Of a stretch of DNA of 64,000 nt, positions 20,964 through 29,990 are shown piece by piece (the first letter of the stretch is position 1; the number at the start of each line of letters is the position of its first letter). The stretch is taken from IMG/VR virus record IMGVR_UViG_3300014205_000183. One strand, written 5' to 3'. Source of the stretch: a virus. Lineage: Duplodnaviria > Caudoviricetes. A program made the position numbers and the translations under genes. The notes below the pieces were generated by a model that ran no database searches, was not told where the DNA came from, and saw only the letters and a program-made list of their open reading frames with translations.

Positions 20964-22814
20964 TTATCCTGCAAGGTCAAAGCCCCATTCAAATTTCACC
21001 TGGTTTGTTGGGTAAATAGGTTTGTAATTAAACAGGATAAAAACCTTTGTAGGATTAACGGTATCCTGGAATACATTAGCAGGCGTGTAGCTTCTGATAA
21101 TCTGGTCAGCAACCAGACCATCCAATACCTTCTTAGTTGTGGAAGCAACAGCAGCCAACAGATTATTTGTCAACTTCTGACCAATAAACTGCTGATGTGC
21201 ATCACGCAGACGCTTTGCCATATAGGCTTCAGCAAGCACGATCGATATTTCAGAATCCTCGATACTAGCCTGACTGATTGTGAGAGCGTGTCGAACGAAC
21301 AAGTTATTGTAACGGTCTTCAAGAATTGTACCACCAACGGCTGCAATAGCGTTTTTACGACTATCATTCCACAAGCGAACTGTGCCTTCTACCCCACTCG
21401 TGATACCATAAACCTGCTTGTTTGTTGGAGGCACTGCGGGGTCGGCCAAAGCAGACACCATACCCATCATGGCGATTGCATGCCATTGACCATCAACCGC
21501 AAGGTTTGCAGTATAGCTGGTGGTCTTAGTTGCGCCATCAATAACACAAAGTTTATCTGGTGTATTTTGCCAGTTAACAAGCTGTGGGTGCCCACCATCC
21601 GTAACTGTAAAGATTACACGATTACTTCCATTAAGAGCCAAAATCTTAGCTGTAACTTTCGATACGTCTGTATCTGCCTGAATAGTAGAAGTTGTGGAAA
21701 CAAAACAAAAGCGGTCACGAGCATTTCCTGGTTCACTCATATCCGCACAATGTGCAGCCAGAGTTTCATTAACAGTATCACTGGAGCTACTGGTAGCAAG
21801 CAACAGGAGTTCCTGAATGGACTCACAAGAACTGATGGCATTTTGATAACCAACAATCTCTCCGTTAGATACTTCAGGAGCAACAGCGTACATAGAACCA
21901 GCAGCAGCACCTACACCGGCAGGGCCTAAGATCAATCTTCCTGCATTTGCAACTTCGGAACCAATGCCATGATCTTGCTGAAGAATTTCAGTATCAAAAT
22001 ACCGCTTAGGGCTGTTGTAGTTGTAAACGAGATACGTGTAGTTAACAAACACATCACCAGCGTTAGCAGGCATGTGCTGCGTACCGTTGGTTGCAGGTAA
22101 GGATAAAACACCATTAACAACCGCGGCGGATAATATGACGGAGGTCGTGGCGCCCGAAGAAATGGTGCCTTCTGTTGGCAGAGAGTACTGTGCAGCACTT
22201 CCGGCTGATGTTTTGATATAGATTTTATATCCAGAAGCATTGTTAATTTTACCCCAACGGACAGTCAAAGTGGCTGAGCTGGAACCAATGACGATTGTGC
22301 CTTCCGCTGCAAGGGAGAGGCTACCATTAGCATCTGTAGCCATAACTGCGACATTGTATGTGCCAGCAACAATTGACCCGCCTGTGCCTTCGACAAGACC
22401 ATCAAGTTCAGGATTTGGAACAACTGGCGCACTGGTAAAGTCCAAAACACCTGTGGCTTTATCAACTGTGAAATCAATACCCTCAACAAACTCACGTTTG
22501 TATGGATTGGCATGATCTGTTGATACTGTCAATATGTTTTGGATTGGTAGTCTTTGAAGACCCACAGTCTTCTTGGTAGAACTGCTGAACGCAACTTTTT
22601 CATAGTTAAGCGTATCGCCTACCTGTACTAAAAGTCCATCAATAAATACTGGGCTTGCTTCCGCATCGCCCGACACTTCAGCAACACGGCTCATCCCAGT
22701 TTCAGCACCAAGTGTTTTGGCGATTACCGTTGGAATAAAAAAGCTGGTGTTACCGAGCGGAGTTCCCGGGAGACCTGTTCGTTCGGTCTGCACACTTGGT
22801 TTTTGATAAGGCAT
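20964..22814 (-). CDS. Contractile tail sheath protein
   Basis: Begins MPYQKPSVQ. C-terminal sheath signature VRHALT...EISIV...FIGQKL...DTVNPTKVFILFNYKPIYPTNQVKFEW. Contains an Fn3/Ig-like insertion. Confidence 0.93.
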   Translation of the reverse strand: MPYQKPSVQTERTGLPGTPLGNTSFFIPTVIAKTLGAETGMSRVAEVSGDAEASPVFIDGLLVQVGDTLNYEKVAFSSSTKKTVGLQRLPIQNILTVSTDHANPYKREFVEGIDFTVDKATGVLDFTSAPVVPNPELDGLVEGTGGSIVAGTYNVAVMATDANGSLSLAAEGTIVIGSSSATLTVRWGKINNASGYKIYIKTSAGSAAQYSLPTEGTISSGATTSVILSAAVVNGVLSLPATNGTQHMPANAGDVFVNYTYLVYNYNSPKRYFDTEILQQDHGIGSEVANAGRLILGPAGVGAAAGSMYAVAPEVSNGEIVGYQNAISSCESIQELLLLATSSSSDTVNETLAAHCADMSEPGNARDRFCFVSTTSTIQADTDVSKVTAKILALNGSNRVIFTVTDGGHPQLVNWQNTPDKLCVIDGATKTTSYTANLAVDGQWHAIAMMGMVSALADPAVPPTNKQVYGITSGVEGTVRLWNDSRKNAIAAVGGTILEDRYNNLFVRHALTISQASIEDSEISIVLAEAYMAKRLRDAHQQFIGQKLTNNLLAAVASTTKKVLDGLVADQIIRSYTPANVFQDTVNPTKVFILFNYKPIYPTNQVKFEWGFDLAG

Positions 22815-22843
22815 GTAACTTCTCCTTTAAAATTAGTTTACTA

Positions 22844-23527
22844 TTATTCTGGGGTTGACTGAGACTCAAACGAGCTAACACCCGGAGTTTCTATTTCGAG
22901 ATACTGTTTCCAAGTACTGCTTATAGGCACAACTAATGTTATACGGTACACATCACCACCCACCAAAGGACCTGACACTTTAGCCGCACTGGAAAATTTA
23001 ACCTGGGGTTGTGGAGTAATGTTAATGCGTATTAAGCGGTCACGGACATATTGCATAAATGATAAAAAAATAACGTCAGCCAAAGCGCACACATTGGCTT
23101 TTCCTGACTCATAAATATCAATAGATGTGCTCATGTTTGCCATTCCGCCATAAACATCAAACAGCTGTTCTCGGAATGTTTCCTTACCAAGCCTGTTACC
23201 TAAACTGACGGGCACATGATCTGTCGGGATAGACTTCACAACCACTTGTGGCAGCCTCTGGGTATCAGGGGCAAACTCGTCCATAATAACTACTTCTTTA
23301 TTGACCTTCTTTAGTCGGTCATTAAAAGCCCGACCCATCTTTGTCGCCTGGAAAAAATCCTGTAACGCATAGATCACATGGCTGGATACTGTCTCAGACA
23401 AACCGAAGATAAAGGTACAGTCTGTATATTCGGCAAGACCGCCTTTCTCAACGTTCGCTGTCATGTTCAGGTGATGCAGCAGCGAGTCACCCGCTAATCC
23501 ACTACCTGCTCTTGGGTCCATTGCCAT
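22844..23527 (-). CDS. Tail terminator / tail completion protein
   Basis: Immediately before the sheath. RLPQVVV...SIDIY...LADVIFLSF pattern. Start adjusted to MAMDP at 23527. Confidence 0.6.
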   Translation of the reverse strand: MAMDPRAGSGLAGDSLLHHLNMTANVEKGGLAEYTDCTFIFGLSETVSSHVIYALQDFFQATKMGRAFNDRLKKVNKEVVIMDEFAPDTQRLPQVVVKSIPTDHVPVSLGNRLGKETFREQLFDVYGGMANMSTSIDIYESGKANVCALADVIFLSFMQYVRDRLIRINITPQPQVKFSSAAKVSGPLVGGDVYRITLVVPISSTWKQYLEIETPGVSSFESQSTPE

Positions 23528-23535
23528 TGTATTAC

Positions 23536-23961
23536 CTATCCAATCAATGTCGGAGGTGTGCCCGTCCAACCACTATTGTTATCTAAAATGTACTGGGTAA
23601 GCTCATTTATCTTAGTTTTTAAATCAGTTGTATCAGTGGCACTACCTGCGATTTCATCAGATGCTAATTTAGGTAGGATGATAAAGCGGCTGTAGCCGTT
23701 AACGATTTGTGGTCGTAGGCCAGGCTTGTAAGCAACAACTACATATTCACCGTATTCAACCTCGGAGAAACTGTACTGGCCATCACCCTCATCTATACCT
23801 ACAATAGGTAGACCGGAAGAATTAGTTGCTCTGGTCCCGGTTATTGTATAGTCATCGTTCACAATTATTGAATACTCGTACAGGTGAAGAGTTAATTCTT
23901 CAATCCCATACCGTGTGTAACGGTCTTCTACAGAAATATTAAATCTAGTTCTTGCTGCCAT
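23536..23961 (-). CDS. Virion structural protein with a small beta-sandwich domain
   Basis: DGQYSFSEVEYGEYVVVAYKPG resembles CarboxypepD_reg/Cna-B-like folds. Confidence 0.5.
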   Translation of the reverse strand: MAARTRFNISVEDRYTRYGIEELTLHLYEYSIIVNDDYTITGTRATNSSGLPIVGIDEGDGQYSFSEVEYGEYVVVAYKPGLRPQIVNGYSRFIILPKLASDEIAGSATDTTDLKTKINELTQYILDNNSGWTGTPPTLIG

Positions 23962-24012
23962 AAATATACAGTTCCAATTAAATAAGCATAGCTCACCTAC
24001 TTATTGAACACA

Positions 24013-24043
24013 ATGTTGAACTGGGTTATGGAGTTTTTGACTA
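24013..24043 (-). promoter_or_regulatory. 31-bp intergenic element, copy 1 (candidate late promoter/regulatory site)
   Basis: atgttgaactgggttatggagtttttgacta, identical to 38237-38267. Lies upstream of the tail gene block. Confidence 0.65.
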
Positions 24044-24051
24044 GTGCGGTA

Positions 24052-24474
24052 CTAATTTATGCCTAAAAGTGTTAAAAAACCTGTTGATTCTATCTTTTTC
24101 ATGATTGCTGCCCCGATTTCAGGACTTAATCCGTTTTCATAAAATTCATAAACTGGGGTTTGAAACACATCAGGATTGTACCCGCCATCAACCTGGTCAA
24201 GAGATAGTGACTCCGCTACCGGAAGTAAAAACTGCCCCACATTCAATTGCAAATTTGGTCGCACAGCCGAGCCTATATTTTGCCCATCTTGAGTAAAAAT
24301 GGTGACCACACCAGCATCAGACAGCTCGTACCTTAGATGATATGTCTGACCTGCAATTTCCAGCGTAAAGGTTTTATCAGACCGAGCTTGAAGCTCTCGA
24401 ATTCTACTCAAAACTTTAGCCCGGGCATAAGCCTCTATACCCGCAGGATTTGGTTTAAAAGATATCTTAAGCAT
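24052..24474 (-). CDS. Hypothetical neck-region protein
   Basis: Likely start MLKISFKP at 24474, overlapping the upstream stop. The longer ORF-track version is a shadow of the Ser-rich gene. Confidence 0.55.
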   Translation of the reverse strand: MLKISFKPNPAGIEAYARAKVLSRIRELQARSDKTFTLEIAGQTYHLRYELSDAGVVTIFTQDGQNIGSAVRPNLQLNVGQFLLPVAESLSLDQVDGGYNPDVFQTPVYEFYENGLSPEIGAAIMKKIESTGFLTLLGIN

Positions 24475-24871
24475 GTACGCTACTACTGGAGCAGCTACTG
24501 GAACATTTGGAGTAGCTGGAACTGCTGCTCGAAATTGAGGGGAAGGATGAGAAACTACTAGAACAGCTGGAAAGAGAGAAGGAAGTTTTGCTACCATAGA
24601 AACCCTGACCAATACCCACACCTGTACGAGTAGTTTTCTGTATTGGTTGCCGGTAATCCATTGTGTTCAAAATTTTGTAATGTGGATATGATCCACCTCT
24701 TCCAAACACAACACCACCATGTTCGGGGTCGTGCATTAGATTACGTTGCGGCTGCTCTATGAGTAGAGATTGACTTGAGCTACTAGAGAAGGACTCCGAG
24801 CTGAGAGATGAACAGCTACTGCTAGAACAGGAACTGGATGAGCTAGACGAACAAGAACAACTACTTGCCAT
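24467..24871 (-). CDS. Small protein with Ser/Cys-rich termini
   Basis: 134 aa, GAGG RBS. Ser runs use mixed TCN/AGY codons around a 55-aa unique core. Confidence 0.6.
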   Translation of the reverse strand: MASSCSCSSSSSSSCSSSSCSSLSSESFSSSSSQSLLIEQPQRNLMHDPEHGGVVFGRGGSYPHYKILNTMDYRQPIQKTTRTGVGIGQGFYGSKTSFSLSSCSSSFSSFPSISSSSSSYSKCSSSCSSSSVHA

Positions 24872-24885
24872 TGCATTACCCTCTA

Positions 24886-25737
24886 TTAACTAAGCACATT
24901 ACTAACACCTGCACCGCGGTTTGTTCGCTGTGTAGGCTCCACAATTGGCGGTGCCGGAACTCGGTATGCCATATCATAAAGTTGCATCTTATCCAATGTG
25001 AACGCCTGCGCAGTCACGTATCCCTGAATAGCTCGTTCTTTAGGATCACGAATACGGTACCGCACGTTGTGTTTTCGAATCACAATATCAGCTTCTGTGA
25101 GTCTAGGATAAGTGGCGATAGTGCCTGTGGTGCGTTCTTTTAAGGTAATACCACCTGAATCTCCAGCTAATGAAGTAGGAGCTGATTTTATGCGACAATA
25201 TACGTTCTCAATTAGCTCGTATCCGCCAGCATAGCCTGTGCCGAAGCATTTAGAACAATTTGCGTCTACTTTTCTACTGCGTGTATCGATACAATCGCAA
25301 TAAATGCCGGCCCACATACGCACTAAAAAGTGTACAACTTCTGCCGCACTAAAACGAGCAGGGTCCAACATCATATGAGTACGAGATCTAATTGTAGGTG
25401 CAATAAACCGCTGCATGCCTGCGAGAGGTACATCGAAAGTTTCTGATTTAGATTGAGATAACTTCCATTCAGAACCATCTTGTAACACGGGGACAACTTT
25501 ATAAAACCAGGTAATGCGGTCATTATTTACAGGGTCGCCGGTCATGCCTCGGTCTTGGAAGTAGTTAACTCGTAAAATTTTAGTATTTACTTTGTACCAG
25601 TCATTTGGATCGTCAGAATTTTCCTCTGCTCGATATATGTTGTAGCCCTGGACACCCCGCACGTGAATCCACGCCAGGTCTGTAACAAAATTACCGGCTT
25701 GCGAAAGTACTCGGTTAACTTTTAATCCAAAATCCAT
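24886..25737 (-). CDS. Head closure/stopper (neck) protein with an Fn3-like N-terminus and a Cys4 motif
   Basis: CDC...CSKCFGTGYAGGY motif typical of neck stopper proteins of large myoviruses. YPRL...DIVI...RYRI. GGAGG RBS. Confidence 0.7.
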   Translation of the reverse strand: MDFGLKVNRVLSQAGNFVTDLAWIHVRGVQGYNIYRAEENSDDPNDWYKVNTKILRVNYFQDRGMTGDPVNNDRITWFYKVVPVLQDGSEWKLSQSKSETFDVPLAGMQRFIAPTIRSRTHMMLDPARFSAAEVVHFLVRMWAGIYCDCIDTRSRKVDANCSKCFGTGYAGGYELIENVYCRIKSAPTSLAGDSGGITLKERTTGTIATYPRLTEADIVIRKHNVRYRIRDPKERAIQGYVTAQAFTLDKMQLYDMAYRVPAPPIVEPTQRTNRGAGVSNVLS

Positions 25738-25740
25738 GAG

Positions 25741-28700
25741 CTACCTCCACTCCTTCCGCATGTACCCACTCAGTACCTCTACTGCATCGGACTCATCTGC
25801 CCCATGTAACCCAATAATAATCTGCTCATCGTTTGCCTGACTGAATATCACTTCATCTGCCTGCCATGAAAAGGGCTGTACTTTCACACCTTCTAACCTT
25901 GTTCCCGGTTTAAGATAGCATAACGTGATGTGTGGTTGATAAACGGGATAGGTCTGGTCTGGTGCTAAATACTCTATAGCTTCTCGCAAGGCATGTAATT
26001 CGGGACTGTCAACTTTAATCACTGCAACTGTTTTGTCATCATGGTCGAAGTACTCCACAGCTTCACCAATATTTAAAGTGATGGGTTTTGTAAATTCCTC
26101 ACTCAATACTGCCTGAATATGTTCTGCATCAGTGTCCGCAGGTAAACCATAAAGCAGAGTGACGTGGCTTTGTGATTCCACGCCCATCAGCGTACCTTCT
26201 TCCGGTACTAAATCAGCAGGGTCTACATACTCACTTACGATGTCCTTAAGCAGATGATTGGAGATACGGGCAGGTACAGGCAGCATTAAGCAACCTTTAG
26301 AATGCGCAGCTCCTGCGAGAGTTTCTAAGTGTCCTATCAAGTCCTCAACCTCCGTAAATTCTTCATAAGGTTTATCTAGGGCATCAAGAAATGCCTTTTC
26401 TTTTTTAGTCCCTTCGCCGCCATTAAGAAACACTACTTCATCCGCAGTTGCAAGGTCGGTTAATTCTTCATAAATATTTTCTTCCGGTTTCCAATCATCA
26501 TCAACCGGGTCAATCAATTTTAAATCTGTGGCTAATTCATCAATAACATCTTCCCGCCAGTCCGTCTGAACTTCCCCACCCAGGAAAACCGTAGGTTTTT
26601 TAGCTGCGGTTTTCAACAGTGCCTTAGTGGTCATCGTCCAGTCTACAAATTCATTCTCGGATTCATCTATTGCAAAATGGTAGATACCCTTGACGCCGCG
26701 TGCTTTTAGTTCATCAAATAACATTTGGTTTTCCGGCCAGTCACGAGTACCGCTGATTGATTCTGATAGGTCGGATAAGAGTTCCTCATCTGCATAAAGA
26801 ACATTGTCAACTTGCACTTTGGCCATAGTCACGACATCACCAAATACTTCCGCATAGTCCTCGGTTTCTGCCCAGTAAATACCCGCACCTAAATCAGAAC
26901 CAAAGCCTGCACCTGTGCCTTCCCCATGATACATAACTTTAGACACAGATTCAAGAGGTAAATCGGCAGTACCAAGTACACTAAAATTTTTATTTGTTTT
27001 TACTCGGCGGGCTTTAACAATCTCAATCTGCTCAGGAGAAAAGACAATATAAGATATGGCATTGGAATCATCACCTTCAAACTGGTTCTCATATAACACG
27101 CCATCGTATCCCTTGGCCTCCATACCGCGGCGTACATCTTCAGGAGTTTTAAACTGTGCAAACTCAGCATCTGTGAATGGTCCTTCATTAGCTTCTGCCA
27201 GGTACTCTTCAAGCATATCCATATCTTCCCAGTCGCCTAAATCGGAAACTATATCATAAGGATTATTAAGAGTCAGTCGTGCGGTGATTATGCGGGGCTT
27301 CTGTATCCCCTTATCATTAGCACGTGAGATGGCCTGCTCCCGGGTGCCAAAGTGGGCACCAAAACCTGTTATATTAAAGGTATCAAAATCTGCATCCGTG
27401 GCATGATAAACCAGCTTGGCGGAATTTTTAACTTGGCTCATCGGCTTCGACAGCTGTGTGTTCGAAACAGCAGCTGTGGTTGCTAACCCCGATTTCTGAA
27501 GAAGCTCTCGTAATTGAATTAGGTTATCTGATTCATAATCTACATCATCAAGAGTTAAAACAGCATGCCCCCTAAGTTTAGCAGCATCTTTTAGTAAATC
27601 TTTTATTAATGCCTTTACTTGCGGTGACATATTTGAAGTAGCCTCTATAAAAATATCATCTCCCTCAGTCACCATACGAGCATAGCCTTTATCAAAAGCA
27701 AGTTGGTATACCATTTCTTGAGGTGCAGTAGCTAATGATTTGTCTTTAAGAATTTTATTAATTACATATTCACCATGTGATTCTCCATCCAACATTGTAC
27801 CCTTACCATTAGGCGCCACCCAAAAATTAGCAGCCTGCTTTTTAAGACTCATTAACTTCGGTAGCTGTGGGGCTGTGGTCGAAGGGCATCTACCGGCGGT
27901 AAGGCTGGCGGTAATGTCTGGATTATCCGCGTCAAACTTACCGCTGTTACCCGTGGCGCTTTTTATCTGTTCGGGATCGAAAGCCACGTAAGTTATAACA
28001 CCTGCTTCTACCCCAATCAAACCATCATAACCAAAATCCTTAAGAGCATATCGTAAACCAACACCAACATCCCCATCCATAGCTTCCCAAAACTGCGAAG
28101 GGGGTAAAGTTGTTAACCACTCATAATTAACAACATGGTCGAGTTCTTCCGCCACGTTACTTGGCCAACCTTCTCGCACATCCAAAGGATTTTTCAAGGA
28201 AAGATATACGGGTAAAATACGAGGCGTTCCGGTATCACTAATATTTCGCTCATCAGTATATTCTAAAGCTGTTGCAGGGTCTGGTGTGAAATAAAATCCT
28301 GATCTACTCCAGCCAGGGTGTTCTTTAAATAACTTAAAATCAGAATTAGTACCATGGTATACCACTAACGGTTGCCCCTGAGCATCAACGACCTTTGAGG
28401 CACCAAACCACGCCTTGAACGCCTGGCTATCAGTCTGAGTGCTGGCGGTGACACTGGCAACAATATTCGGGTCCTGCGCGTCAAACTTACCGCTGTTACC
28501 CGTGGCGGACTTAATCTGTGTGGGATAAAACGCGATTATGTTGTCCCCCCAAAAGATACCGTCATGACCGTGCTTCTTTAAAATCTCAGAGGGGTCAGGA
28601 TTTCTTGTGTCGTATTCAGGATACGCATTAGACATCTGCTCTAAAATACCAGCAGACCAATTAACTGTGCTGTCAGGATTTACTGTGTCAGTTTGTACTA

Positions 28701-28950
28701 TGAATGGGTTTTGAATTGATAGATAGGCTTCAAGTAAAGTTCCTCCGTAGTTTTCAGCTTCTTCTCTGTTTTTAGTGAAATAGAAACCTCTTCCTGCCCA
28801 GCCAATTAGTTGTTTTGACGCATCAAAGGTATTAAAATTATTCTTTGTCCCGTGGTACACCACTAACGGCTGTCCGGTGCTGTCAACAACTTTACTATCG
28901 CCGAACCAGGCTTTGAATTCTGGAGACTCTGTCATATTTACTTTTGACAT
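25741..28950 (-). CDS. Multidomain effector: 4 ADP-ribosyltransferase-like domains, an NDT-like domain and an Acb1-like 2H phosphodiesterase
   Basis: Start MSKVNMTE at 28950. Two FKAWFGxSKVVD..PLVVYHGT..GFYFT..YLS..NP..G(H/Y)DG..QIKSATGN units (ART-PolyVal type) and two further YH..G.Y/HF units. Then VFLGG..DWRE..IDP..W, and finally HVTLLYG / PHITLCY. Confidence 0.85.
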   Translation of the reverse strand: MSKVNMTESPEFKAWFGDSKVVDSTGQPLVVYHGTKNNFNTFDASKQLIGWAGRGFYFTKNREEAENYGGTLLEAYLSIQNPFIVQTDTVNPDSTVNWSAGILEQMSNAYPEYDTRNPDPSEILKKHGHDGIFWGDNIIAFYPTQIKSATGNSGKFDAQDPNIVASVTASTQTDSQAFKAWFGASKVVDAQGQPLVVYHGTNSDFKLFKEHPGWSRSGFYFTPDPATALEYTDERNISDTGTPRILPVYLSLKNPLDVREGWPSNVAEELDHVVNYEWLTTLPPSQFWEAMDGDVGVGLRYALKDFGYDGLIGVEAGVITYVAFDPEQIKSATGNSGKFDADNPDITASLTAGRCPSTTAPQLPKLMSLKKQAANFWVAPNGKGTMLDGESHGEYVINKILKDKSLATAPQEMVYQLAFDKGYARMVTEGDDIFIEATSNMSPQVKALIKDLLKDAAKLRGHAVLTLDDVDYESDNLIQLRELLQKSGLATTAAVSNTQLSKPMSQVKNSAKLVYHATDADFDTFNITGFGAHFGTREQAISRANDKGIQKPRIITARLTLNNPYDIVSDLGDWEDMDMLEEYLAEANEGPFTDAEFAQFKTPEDVRRGMEAKGYDGVLYENQFEGDDSNAISYIVFSPEQIEIVKARRVKTNKNFSVLGTADLPLESVSKVMYHGEGTGAGFGSDLGAGIYWAETEDYAEVFGDVVTMAKVQVDNVLYADEELLSDLSESISGTRDWPENQMLFDELKARGVKGIYHFAIDESENEFVDWTMTTKALLKTAAKKPTVFLGGEVQTDWREDVIDELATDLKLIDPVDDDWKPEENIYEELTDLATADEVVFLNGGEGTKKEKAFLDALDKPYEEFTEVEDLIGHLETLAGAAHSKGCLMLPVPARISNHLLKDIVSEYVDPADLVPEEGTLMGVESQSHVTLLYGLPADTDAEHIQAVLSEEFTKPITLNIGEAVEYFDHDDKTVAVIKVDSPELHALREAIEYLAPDQTYPVYQPHITLCYLKPGTRLEGVKVQPFSWQADEVIFSQANDEQIIIGLHGADESDAVEVLSGYMRKEWR
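27928..28507. repeat. 31-bp identical direct repeat marking the duplication of two ART domains (27928-27958 and 28477-28507)
   Basis: cgcgtcaaacttaccgctgttacccgtggcg occurs twice, encoding ATGNSGKFDA. Confidence 0.85.
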
Positions 28951-28954
28951 ATAG

Positions 28955-29824
28955 TTACCCGTAGAAAGTATTTGACATATGAGGAAGCAGACTAAGCTGT
29001 CTGGTGTAATACAAAGGAAATTTTCCCGATGCCATACCGATACCACCTGCCAACTTATGAAATGCAGCATCTCTCTTCCACGCTTGAATAGATACTAACC
29101 ACTGCTGCTTCAAAGATTGAGCATTCTGAAAGAAAGCACTTCTATCGACGTTTAATGTCAACTCATCCCCGTAGTTAAATTTATTCCAGGTCTCAAATAT
29201 GCCAGCGGCCTCCAGAGCAGCAATAAAACCACCGGTCAATACTAGGTCGTGACCACCAGCAAAAGTCTGCTCCCAAGAGATAAGTCCAGGCGCAGGAGGC
29301 GTCTGACCCATCTTAATACGGGCGTCATCGAGAAAGGAGTACAATTCCCCATTTGTCCAGCGTGTACGCTGATTGTCATCAATGAGATATCTGCTTGCCC
29401 GTTTATCCCACAACTTAGCACGTAGAGCACCGATGAAATATTGTTCAATAGGTGCTTGTGAAGCCGTGAAACCTAGTTGGTGTATAACTGTGTCAGATGT
29501 ACCAGGAACTGTACCTGTAAAAGTCAACACGTAAGAACCAGGCTCCATACCGTTAGTTAAAAACTCGAACATCCACACACCAACGGAGTCATCTTTACGA
29601 GATAGTGGAACTAAAATTTTTGGTATACTATAGGCAACACTATCTTTGGTGACTGTAGTTGATATTGGGCTGGGGTCAAAATATAACTGCGTCTTAGGGT
29701 CAATCCAGTCGATATTGATACTACAGTGGTCTTTATTAATATCGAGACCCTGAACATTGATGCCCTGGAGTTGTGCACCTGGGGCTGCTGCAAGCTCAGT
29801 GCCTGGAAGGGCGTTAATTGCCAT
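28955..29824 (-). CDS. Head-tail adaptor-like protein with an N-terminal Ig-like domain
   Basis: Start MAINALP at 29824 (AGGAGG). The C-half LRAKLWD..WTNGELYSFL..QTPP..FNYGDELTLNVDRS fits adaptor proteins. Position is between capsid and stopper. Confidence 0.65.
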   Translation of the reverse strand: MAINALPGTELAAAPGAQLQGINVQGLDINKDHCSINIDWIDPKTQLYFDPSPISTTVTKDSVAYSIPKILVPLSRKDDSVGVWMFEFLTNGMEPGSYVLTFTGTVPGTSDTVIHQLGFTASQAPIEQYFIGALRAKLWDKRASRYLIDDNQRTRWTNGELYSFLDDARIKMGQTPPAPGLISWEQTFAGGHDLVLTGGFIAALEAAGIFETWNKFNYGDELTLNVDRSAFFQNAQSLKQQWLVSIQAWKRDAAFHKLAGGIGMASGKFPLYYTRQLSLLPHMSNTFYG

Positions 29825-29990
29825 GTCGTACCTCCTGCCGCCTACGTGCGTCTTCCGCATCACGTATAGGTGCTTTTATTTGCTCAATCATATCTGGAAC
29901 GTTTAGAGACCCACCTTCACCGCCGCCACGAGCCATATCAGGCCCGTTGCGAAAGTAGTTCGAATCTCTTACTTGATCCTCAGTGGTCAT
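29814..29990 (-). CDS. Small hypothetical protein (58 aa, not in the ORF track)
   Basis: MTTEDQVRDSNYFRNGPDMARGGGEGGSLNVPDMIEQIKAPIRDAEDARRRQEVRHGN. ATGA overlap with the upstream stop, and it fills the gap exactly. Confidence 0.6.
   Translation of the reverse strand: MTTEDQVRDSNYFRNGPDMARGGGEGGSLNVPDMIEQIKAPIRDAEDARRRQEVRHGN

Noticed and set aside
20955-21929. 324-aa plus-strand ORF
   Set aside because: Antisense shadow of the tail sheath gene, with no recognisable motifs.
8991-22814. Tailocin / eCIS / T6SS interpretation
   Set aside because: Portal, protease, capsid and neck genes are contiguous with the tail genes, so this is a complete phage virion module.
24475-24621. N-terminal extension of the 24052 ORF, and similar extensions at 28951-29070, 32818-33009, 39348-39479 and 63851-63910
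   Set aside because: They overlap upstream genes or terminators, and better starts with an RBS or stop-start coupling exist downstream.
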